Of a DNA stretch of 64,000 nt, positions 57,323-64,000 are shown piece by piece. The DNA comes from Candidatus Tepidifontimicrobium thermophilum (GTDB lineage: Bacteria > Sysuimicrobiota > Sysuimicrobiia > Sysuimicrobiales > Sysuimicrobiaceae). The position numbers and the translations under genes were made by a program. Below the pieces are notes generated by a model. The model was not told the DNA's origin. It searched no databases and worked only from the letters and a program-made list of their open reading frames with translations. The first letter of the stretch is position 1. Every line of letters begins with the position of its first letter. The DNA lies in the NCBI GenBank assembly GCA_031459915.1, contig JAVKHO010000012.1:1-64000 (forward strand), written 5' to 3'.

Positions 57323-57354
57323 GCGGCACCCGGGCCCCCTAAGTGGCAGAGTGT

Positions 57355-57972
57355 CTACGGGTTCTGGGAGTCCGGCCACAGGTCCAGCCCGAGGGTCCGC
57401 ACGGGGGCGAAGGAGCGTCGGTGGACCGGGCTCGGGCCCAGGCGCCGCAACGCCTCCAGGTGCGCGGGGCACGCGTAGCCCTTGTGCTGCGCGAAGCCGT
57501 AACCCGGGTAGGCGCGGTCCAGCTCCACCATGATGCGGTCCCGCTCCACCTTGGCCAGGACGGAGGCGGCCGCGATGCAGGCCACCGTACCGTCTCCGCC
57601 CACCACCACCCGCTGCGGGAGGTCCGTGACGAGTCCCCATCCCCCGTCCACCAGGACCACGGAAGGCCGGACGGAGAGCTGCTCCACCGCGCGCCGCATG
57701 GCCAGGCGCGAGGCGTGCAGGACGTTCAGCCGGTCCACCTCCTCCACGGTGGCCTGCGCCACGGCCCAGCTCACCGCCCTGCGGCGGATCGCCTCCGCCA
57801 CCTCCTCCCTTTGGTGGGGCGAAAGACGCTTGCTGTCCTGCAGCCCGGGGATCCGCGAGCGCGCGTCCAGGACCACCGCTGCGGCCACCACGGGGCCCGC
57901 CAGGGGCCCTCTTCCCGCCTCGTCCACGCCGGCCACGTAGCGGTAGCCGGCCCGCCGGAGGCCGCGCTCCAC
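57355..57972 (-). CDS. rnhB: Ribonuclease HII
   Basis: GVDEAGRGPLAGPV, DSK, AASVLAKV.RD, HKGY, HRRSF; start uncertain. Confidence 0.95.
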   Translation of the reverse strand: MERGLRRAGYRYVAGVDEAGRGPLAGPVVAAAVVLDARSRIPGLQDSKRLSPHQREEVAEAIRRRAVSWAVAQATVEEVDRLNVLHASRLAMRRAVEQLSVRPSVVLVDGGWGLVTDLPQRVVVGGDGTVACIAAASVLAKVERDRIMVELDRAYPGYGFAQHKGYACPAHLEALRRLGPSPVHRRSFAPVRTLGLDLWPDSQNP

Positions 57973-57986
57973 GCTGTACAGGGAGG

Positions 57987-58628
57987 TCAGTGCACCAGGC
58001 CGACCCGGTGTGGAGGCCAGTACACCACGACCGCCTTGCCCACCACGTTGCGCACCGGCACGAGCCCGAAGAAGCGGCTGTCCTCGCTGTTGCACCGGTT
58101 GTCCCCCATCACGAACAGGTGCCCCGCGTCCACTTTCTTCGGCCCGTAGTTCTGCGGACAGCTGCTGTCCCCCTGGCTGGGGGTGAGGTCCGGGCGTGCC
58201 TTCCCGTTCACCACCACGACCCCGGACCGGAGCTGCACCGTATCCCCGGGGAGCCCCACCACGCGCTTCACGAAGTCCTTGCCGGGGTTCAGGGGGTAGC
58301 GGAATACGATCACGTCGCCCCGCTGGATGGGCGCCAGGCGGTAGTAGAACTTCGCCACCAGGATTCGGTCACCCACCCGCAGGGTGGGCTCCATGGAGCC
58401 CGAGGGGATGTAGAAGGCCTGGACCACGAAGGTGATGATGACAAAGGCCAGGACCACCGCGAACAGCGCCGCGTCCACGGTCTCCAGGACCATGCGACGC
58501 ACCGCGGGGGAGAACAGGTACGCCCGGCGGATCACGGTGCGGGCGGCCAGCAGCCCCGCCGCCACCGCCAGGATGACCACGGGGATGCTGGGCTCCGACA
58601 GAGACATCGGGAACGCGGTGCCTCTCAT
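57987..58628 (-). CDS. lepB: Signal peptidase I
   Basis: IPSGSMEPTL..GD, FVKRVVGLPGD, MGDNR..S.DSR.FG. Confidence 0.94.
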   Translation of the reverse strand: MRGTAFPMSLSEPSIPVVILAVAAGLLAARTVIRRAYLFSPAVRRMVLETVDAALFAVVLAFVIITFVVQAFYIPSGSMEPTLRVGDRILVAKFYYRLAPIQRGDVIVFRYPLNPGKDFVKRVVGLPGDTVQLRSGVVVVNGKARPDLTPSQGDSSCPQNYGPKKVDAGHLFVMGDNRCNSEDSRFFGLVPVRNVVGKAVVVYWPPHRVGLVH

Positions 58629-58754
58629 CTCTTCCCCAACGCCACAGCGGCGCGGCCGTCCCGTCCACCGCCCCCTGTGGCGGTCGAAAGCCCCGGCCTT
58701 CCACTCCCAACGATCACGGTTCTCGCAGACCCACCCGGGGCTGCTACGGTGCCG

Positions 58755-59096
58755 CTACCGACGCTCCTTGATGCGGGTTTCCTTCCCGACCTTCTCCCGC
58801 AGGTAGTACAGTTTGGCGCGCCGCACCTGGCCCCGGCGGACCACCTCGATGCGTTCCAGCCGCGGGGAGTGCAGGGGGAAGATCCGCTCCACCCCCACGC
58901 CGTGCGAGATCCGCCGCACCGTCACCGTCTCCCGCAGCCCGCCGCCTCGCCGCGCCACCACCACGCCCTCAAACGCCTGCACCCGCTCCCTGCCGCCCTC
59001 CACCACCTTGAAGTGCACCCGCACGGTATCCCCCGGCCCGAACTCCGGCAGGTCCCGCTTGAGCTGCTCCTGCTCTACCAGCGCGATCTTGTCCAT
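58755..59096 (-). CDS. rplS: 50S ribosomal protein L19
   Basis: [28 protein letters not shown]. Confidence 0.98.
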   Translation of the reverse strand: MDKIALVEQEQLKRDLPEFGPGDTVRVHFKVVEGGRERVQAFEGVVVARRGGGLRETVTVRRISHGVGVERIFPLHSPRLERIEVVRRGQVRRAKLYYLREKVGKETRIKERR

Positions 59097-59186
59097 GATG
59101 GCGTCCCCTCACCGACCTCGTCTCCGCTGCCCGCGCGCCGCCGTACCGCACGTCCCGGGGCCCGGACGGCGGACCACAAACACGAA

Positions 59187-59960
59187 TTATACACCACCCC
59201 CGCCGCCCTCCCGTTCCTCCCGCAGGACCTCCTCCAGGAGGGCGCGGTCCTCTTCGTCCAGCTGTGCGGCCTGCAGCAGGTCGGGCCGCCGCCGCAGGGT
59301 GCGGCGGATCGCCTCCTTGCGCCGCCACCGGGCGATGGCCTGGTGGTTGCCCGACAGGAGCACCTCCGGGACCCGCAGCCCCTCCACCTCCGCGGGCCGG
59401 GTGTAGTGCGGGTAGTCCAGGAGGCCCCGGGTGAAGGAGTCCTCCCGCACCGACGCCTCGTCGCCCACCACCCCGGGCACCAGGCGCGCGGTGGCGTCCA
59501 CGATGACCATGGCTGCCAGCTCCCCACCTGTGAGCACGTAGTCGCCGATGGAGATCTCCTCCGCCCTGAGCCCCACCGCCACCCGTTCGTCCACGCCCTC
59601 GTAGTGCCCGCACAGGATCACCAGGTGGCCCGCGCGGCTCAGCTCGTACGCCAGGCGCTGGGTGAAGGGGCGGCCCTGCGGGGAGGTGAGGATCACGCGG
59701 CCGAGGCCTCCGGCCTCCTGGGCGATGGCCCGGGCCGCGGCGAAGAAGGGTTCCGCCTTCATCACCATCCCGGGCCCTCCCCCGTACGGGTAGTCGTCGG
59801 TGGTGCGGTGCCGGTCGGTGGTGAAGTCCCTCAGGTTCCACACCCGGACCAGCAGCAGTCCGGCCCGCTGGGCCCGCCCCAGCACGCTCAGCTGCAGGGG
59901 CGCGAAGGCCTCCGGGAAGATGGTCACGACGTCCACCCGCAGCTTCGGCCGGTCCGGCAC
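59187..59960 (-). CDS. trmD: tRNA m1G37 methyltransferase
   Basis: PYGGGPGM, CGHYEGVDER, SIGDYVLTGGE, PHYTRP. Confidence 0.97.
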   Translation of the reverse strand: MPDRPKLRVDVVTIFPEAFAPLQLSVLGRAQRAGLLLVRVWNLRDFTTDRHRTTDDYPYGGGPGMVMKAEPFFAAARAIAQEAGGLGRVILTSPQGRPFTQRLAYELSRAGHLVILCGHYEGVDERVAVGLRAEEISIGDYVLTGGELAAMVIVDATARLVPGVVGDEASVREDSFTRGLLDYPHYTRPAEVEGLRVPEVLLSGNHQAIARWRRKEAIRRTLRRRPDLLQAAQLDEEDRALLEEVLREEREGGGGGV

Positions 59961-60479
59961 CTACGCCTCCACCAGACCCGGCAGCAGGCGCACGGTGATG
60001 CGGCGCTGGTCGGCGCGGACCTCCCGGACCACCTCCCGCACCGCAGGCAGCAGGACCTCGCGCCGCGCGCCCCGGACCACGTACACGTCGTGGGCGGGCC
60101 CACGCAGGATCTCCTCTAGCGTCCCCAGGGTCTGCCCGTCCTCCGTGACCACCTGACAGCCGACCAGGTCCGCCACGTAGTACGTGCCCTCCGGAAGAGG
60201 GGCCGCCTCCTCGCGGCGCACGCACACCTCCGCGCCCCGCAGCCGCTCCGCGGCGATCCGGTCGTCCACCCCCTCCAGCTTCAGGAGGAAGGCGCCCGCG
60301 GCACGGCGCACCGACTCCACCCGGCGCTCCTCCGTGCCCCACGGCGCCACCAGCCAAACGGTCCGCAGGCCCAGCAGCCGCTCGGGGAAGTCGGTGTCGG
60401 GGACGAGGCGGACCTCGCCCCGGAGGCCGTGCGGCCGCCCGACCCACGCCACCCGCAACCGGTCCTGCGCGGCCCTCAT
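59961..60479 (-). CDS. rimM: Ribosome maturation factor RimM
   Basis: PHGLRGEV, YY..DL.G..V, DVYVV, LLPAV. Confidence 0.94.
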   Translation of the reverse strand: MRAAQDRLRVAWVGRPHGLRGEVRLVPDTDFPERLLGLRTVWLVAPWGTEERRVESVRRAAGAFLLKLEGVDDRIAAERLRGAEVCVRREEAAPLPEGTYYVADLVGCQVVTEDGQTLGTLEEILRGPAHDVYVVRGARREVLLPAVREVVREVRADQRRITVRLLPGLVEA

Positions 60480-60883
60480 CCCCCCCGGATCTCCATCACG
60501 ATGCCGTCCTTGACGACGATCTCCGTACGCCCGAGCTTGTGGAACAGGTTGTCGCCCACGTGGACCTCCACCTGGGCGTCCACGGTGAGCTGCGGGAACT
60601 CCGTATTGAGCTCCAGGGTCCGGGCCTCCCGCAGCCGTTCCTGCAGCTCCGCCCGGAGGGCCTCGTGCCGCTGCCGTTCCAGCTCGAGCTGCTGACGCAC
60701 GGCCCGGGTGTGCGGGGTGACCTGGCGCTCCAGCTCCATGCGGCGGATCTGCGTCTCCACCTGCCCCAGCAGGTCCTCCACCCGGCGCAGGGCCTCCTCC
60801 AGCTCCCGCACGTACAGCTCCTTGAAGGTCTCCGTCACGATGGCCTTGACCACTACCGGACGCAGCAGGGTGATCTTCGTCAT
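60476..60883 (-). CDS. ylqD: YlqD family protein
   Basis: R.V.VK.IVTE..K, coiled coil, VGDN, EIVVKDG.V.EIR; between khpA and rimM. Confidence 0.85.
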   Translation of the reverse strand: MTKITLLRPVVVKAIVTETFKELYVRELEEALRRVEDLLGQVETQIRRMELERQVTPHTRAVRQQLELERQRHEALRAELQERLREARTLELNTEFPQLTVDAQVEVHVGDNLFHKLGRTEIVVKDGIVMEIRGG

Positions 60884-60892
60884 CGCCTCCTC

Positions 60893-61147
60893 CTACCGGG
60901 CTTCCGGCCTGGGTCGCCCGTCCTCAATCTCCAGCAGCACCACCCGGCCGCCCCGCACCCCCGCGGCCCGCACCAGGGTCCGCAGGGCCCGCGCCATGCG
61001 TCCGCCCCGGCCGATGACCTTGCCCACGTCCTCCGGCGCTACCCGCACCCGCAGCACCGTGCCCCGGTCGTCCTGCGCCTCCTCCACCTGGACCAGTTCG
61101 GGCCGCGCCACGATCCCCCGCAGGACGTACTCCACCAGCTCCCGCAT
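60893..61147 (-). CDS. khpA: KH-domain RNA-binding protein KhpA (YlqC)
   Basis: D.GKVIGRGGR.A.ALRT. Confidence 0.93.
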   Translation of the reverse strand: MRELVEYVLRGIVARPELVQVEEAQDDRGTVLRVRVAPEDVGKVIGRGGRMARALRTLVRAAGVRGGRVVLLEIEDGRPRPEAR

Positions 61148-61150
61148 GGC

Positions 61151-61435
61151 CTACTCCTGCGGCCGGCGGCTGGCCCGGCGCCGCTGCCACTCCTGCAGGA
61201 TCCCCGTCTTCTGCAGCAGCACCCGCGCGCTGTCCGACGGCCGCGCGCCCCGCTCCAGCCACGCGATGGCCCGCTCCGCGTCGATGTGGATGGTGGACGG
61301 CTCCGTGCGCGGGTTGTAGTGCCCCAGGATCTCGATGGACCGCCCGTCCCGCGGGGCCCGGGAGTCCGCCACCACCACCCGGTACACGGGCTGGTGCTTC
61401 TGCCCCATGCGCATCAGTCGGATCTTCACCGCCAT
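61151..61435 (-). CDS. rpsP: 30S ribosomal protein S16
   Basis: VKIRL.R.G, YR.VVADSR.PRDG, G.YNP. Confidence 0.98.
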   Translation of the reverse strand: MAVKIRLMRMGQKHQPVYRVVVADSRAPRDGRSIEILGHYNPRTEPSTIHIDAERAIAWLERGARPSDSARVLLQKTGILQEWQRRRASRRPQE

Positions 61436-61460
61436 CGTCTCCCTCCTCCGTGCGTGGTGT

Positions 61461-62792
61461 TCAAACCGGCGGCCACAGGGGACGCTTGCCCCGGCGTCCC
61501 ATGCGCTCCAGCTCCCGCATCATCCGCTTGGCCTCCTCGAACTGCTTGAGGAGACGGTTCACGTCCTGCACCGTGGTCCCGCTGCCGCGGGCGATCCGCC
61601 GCTTGCGGCTGGCGTTCAGGATGGCCGGGTCCCGGCGCTCCTGAGGGGTCATGGAGTCCAGGATGGCCTCCATACGCTTGAGCTCCCGCTCCTGCGCCTC
61701 CGCCTCCGGCCGCCGGCCCCGCAAAGCCGCGACTCCCGGGATCAGCTCCAGGAGGCTGTCTAGAGGCCCCATGCGCCGCACCTGCCGGAGCTGCTCCCGG
61801 AAGTCCTCCAGGGTGAACTCCGCCCGGCGCAGCTTGCGCTCCAGCTCCGCGGCGCGCTGGGCGTCCACCGCCTCCCGGGCGCGCTCCACCAGGGTCAGCA
61901 CGTCCCCCATACCAAGGATCCGGGAGGCCATGCGGTCCGGGTGGAAGGGCTCCAGGGCCTCCAGCTTCTCCCCGGTTCCCACGAACATCACCGGCCGCCC
62001 CACCGCGGCCACCACCGACAGCGCGGCCCCACCCCGGGCGTCCCCGTCCAGCTTGGTCAGGACCACCCCGTCGATGGTGAGCGCCTCGTGGAACCGCTGC
62101 GCCACCCGCACCGCCTCCTGCCCGGTCATGGCGTCCACCACCAAAAGGACGTAGTGGGCCGCCGCAGCGTCCCGGACGCGGCGCAGCTCCTCCAGGAGGT
62201 CGTCGGCCACGTGCACGCGACCCGCGGTGTCCACCAGGACGAAGTCGTAGCCCGCGGAACGCGCGTGGTCCACCGCGGACCGGGCCACCTCTGCGGGGTC
62301 TGTGAGGGCTGGGGCGAACACGGGGACGCCCGCCCGCTCGCCCACCACCTGGAGCTGGCGGACCGCCGCGGGGCGCTGCAGGTCCGCGGCCACCAGCAAG
62401 GGCCGTCGGCCGCGCTTGCGCAGGTACAGGGCCAGCTTCGCCGCCTGGGTGGTCTTGCCGGTGCCGTGGAGCCCGCACAGGAGCACCACCGTGGGGGGTC
62501 TGGGAGCGGGCACCAGCTCCCGGTGCTCCCCGCCCAGCAGCCGGACCAGCTCCTCGTAAACCACCTGGACCACCTGCTGCGCCGGGGTCAGGCTCTTCCA
62601 CACCTCCCGTCCCACCGCGGCCTCGCGGACCCGGGCGATGAAGTCCCGCACCACCTGCACGTGAACGTCCGCCTCCAACAGGGCTAGCCGCACCTCCCGG
62701 ACCGCGGCCTCCACGTCCTCAGGCCGCAACACCCCCCGCCCGCTCAGACGGCGGAACACGCCCGCGAGCCGGTCCTGCAGGGCCTCAAACAC
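61461..62792 (-). CDS. ffh: Signal recognition particle protein
   Basis: [38 protein letters not shown] domain; GTG 62792. Confidence 0.97.
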   Translation of the reverse strand: MFEALQDRLAGVFRRLSGRGVLRPEDVEAAVREVRLALLEADVHVQVVRDFIARVREAAVGREVWKSLTPAQQVVQVVYEELVRLLGGEHRELVPAPRPPTVVLLCGLHGTGKTTQAAKLALYLRKRGRRPLLVAADLQRPAAVRQLQVVGERAGVPVFAPALTDPAEVARSAVDHARSAGYDFVLVDTAGRVHVADDLLEELRRVRDAAAAHYVLLVVDAMTGQEAVRVAQRFHEALTIDGVVLTKLDGDARGGAALSVVAAVGRPVMFVGTGEKLEALEPFHPDRMASRILGMGDVLTLVERAREAVDAQRAAELERKLRRAEFTLEDFREQLRQVRRMGPLDSLLELIPGVAALRGRRPEAEAQERELKRMEAILDSMTPQERRDPAILNASRKRRIARGSGTTVQDVNRLLKQFEEAKRMMRELERMGRRGKRPLWPPV

Positions 62793-63408
62793 CGTGCACC
62801 CTCCGCGTCCCGCGGTACACCCGATAGCCTCCGCCCCGCTCCACCTCTTCGGCTTCCCCGAAGACCTCCGCCACCAGCCGGCCCAGGGTTTTCGCCCCCT
62901 GCGCGGTCCGGGCCACCAGGTAGAACGAGCCACCGGGCTTCAGGTGCGCGGGGGCGCCTTCCACCATGGCCCGCACCACCGCCCGGCCGGCCCGGATGGG
63001 CGGGTTGGTAGCGATGACGTCAAAGGTGCGGCCCGCCACCGGCTCGTACAGGTCTCCCTGTAGCACCTCCACGTTGAGGACCCCGCAGCGCCGGGCGTTC
63101 TCCCGCGCCAGCTGCACCGCGCGCGGGTTGATGTCCACCAGGACCGCACGACCCCGCACCGCTAGGCTCGCGGCCACGATCCCCACCACCCCGTACCCAC
63201 AGCCCAGGTCCAGCACCTCGTCCTCGGGACCCACCTCCAGGGCCTCGAGCAGCAGGCGCGTGCCGCGATCGACGCCCCGGTAGGAGAACACCCCGCGGTC
63301 GGTGAGGAACTGAAACCGCCGCCCCCCGAACTCCAGCTCCACCACCCGGGGCCGGGAAGACACCTGGGGAGCCGGGCTGAAGTAGTGGGCGGCCTGCCGG
63401 GGGCTCAC
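62785..63408 (-). CDS. Class I SAM methyltransferase (RsmC/YbxB-like)
   Basis: HYFS..P, GVFS...VD.GT, LDLGCGYG, TNPPIRAG. Confidence 0.88.
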   Translation of the reverse strand: MSPRQAAHYFSPAPQVSSRPRVVELEFGGRRFQFLTDRGVFSYRGVDRGTRLLLEALEVGPEDEVLDLGCGYGVVGIVAASLAVRGRAVLVDINPRAVQLARENARRCGVLNVEVLQGDLYEPVAGRTFDVIATNPPIRAGRAVVRAMVEGAPAHLKPGGSFYLVARTAQGAKTLGRLVAEVFGEAEEVERGGGYRVYRGTRRVHGV

Positions 63409-63779
63409 AGCAGCTCCCGCAGCGCCCGGACCCTCGCCAGAAGCCGCTGCGCCACTCTCCCGCTGACCGTCCTGCGGATCTCTCCCTCCAGGGCGTCCAG
63501 CTCCTGCAGCAACAGCTGCCGGCGCCGGTCCTCGCCCCGCGCCCGCTGCACCAACCCCAGCAGCTCCTCGTACCGGACCAGCTCCGCCAGGGACCGGCGG
63601 AGGCTGTCGTGGATGGCCTGCCGGGTGACGCCCAGGCGTTCCGCGATCTCCGACAGGGAGAGGTCGTCGTGGAAGTACAGAGCGACCAGCTGCTGCTGCC
63701 GCGGGGTCAGCAGCCGCGCGTACGCGTCGAACAGCCGGATGACGGTGAACCGGTCGGCCAGCAGGCGGTCCGTGGCCAT
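63405..63779 (-). CDS. ylxM: YlxM family HTH protein
   Basis: LFD.Y..LLT..Q, DLSLSEIA, TRQA.HD...R, YEE.LGL. Confidence 0.93.
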   Translation of the reverse strand: MATDRLLADRFTVIRLFDAYARLLTPRQQQLVALYFHDDLSLSEIAERLGVTRQAIHDSLRRSLAELVRYEELLGLVQRARGEDRRRQLLLQELDALEGEIRRTVSGRVAQRLLARVRALRELL

Positions 63780-63839
63780 CTCCTGTAAAGTCTCCTTCCT
63801 TTACAGGAGAAGGCTACCACGCCCCGCGCCGGGTATCAA
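63779..63839 (-). promoter_or_regulatory. ylxM promoter with 12-bp perfect inverted repeat
   Basis: TTGATA-N17-TAGCCT (63811-39) followed by TCTCCTGTAAAG-N8-CTTTACAGGAGA (63779-810). Confidence 0.65.
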
Positions 63840-63896
63840 CCGCGGCAGACGGCCCCGCGGCTCGCCCGTCCGCTCACGGCTCCGTCGGCCGGCCCG

Positions 63897-64000
63897 TCAG
63901 CGGTCGCGCCCACCGCCTACCAGCCCCTGGGCCCTCCACTTGCGGAAGATCTCCACACAACGGCGGTGTGCCTCCTCGACGGCCTCACGGGGAGTCGTGC
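63897..64000 (-). CDS. C-terminal fragment of an unidentified protein (possibly a solute-binding protein)
   Basis: ...TTPREAVEEAHRRCVEIFRKWRAQGLVGGGRDR*; open to the window end. Confidence 0.4.
   Translation of the reverse strand, partial: TTPREAVEEAHRRCVEIFRKWRAQGLVGGGRDR

Noticed and set aside
57972..57990. CTG start for rnhB overlapping the lepB stop
   Set aside because: An in-frame GTG at 57972 gives a complete protein, so a non-canonical start is not required.
58629..58754. Possible ncRNA between rplS and lepB
   Set aside because: Only generic GC pairing (AGCCCCGG/CCGGGGCT); no recognisable RNA family motif.
1..64000. CRISPR arrays, IS elements, prophage, tRNA or rRNA genes
   Set aside because: No periodic repeats, transposase/integrase motifs or structural RNA genes seen; intergenic gaps are short and mostly explained.

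Overview
Very GC-rich bacterial chromosome segment with Firmicute-like gene order and regulation (T-box, CIRCE/HrcA, ARG boxes, ECF S-components, ylxM/ylqD); the lineage cannot be assigned from sequence alone. Most genes are on the minus strand and are housekeeping: a partial cytochrome P450, the yceD-rpmF-plsX-fab-rnc cluster, recG-rsmD-coaD, hslO, a TPP-riboswitch thiamine salvage operon, a PdxR-divergent vitamin B6 operon, an amino-sugar oxidoreductase/aminotransferase pair, hflX-dapL-miaA, mutS-mutL (on the opposite strand), miaB, carAB, hrcA-dnaJ-prmA-rsmE, murJ, rpsT, comEC-holA, thrS, and the ylxM-ffh-rpsP-rimM-trmD-rplS-lepB-rnhB-yraN cluster. I saw no CRISPR array, IS element, prophage, tRNA or rRNA. 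The best candidates for new biology are: (1) an uncharacterised PurM/ThiL-superfamily enzyme coupled between an ECF S-component and pdxST, possibly a non-PdxK B6 salvage kinase; (2) an A/T-rich bipartite motif shared upstream of comEC and yraN (partly recG), possibly a competence regulon promoter; (3) a 48-aa prepilin-like ORF missing from the ORF track, upstream of amino-sugar genes; (4) an in-place inversion of mutS-mutL with a decayed Uma2 nuclease gene at one junction. All family assignments are by motif recognition, not database search, and many start codons were re-picked by eye.
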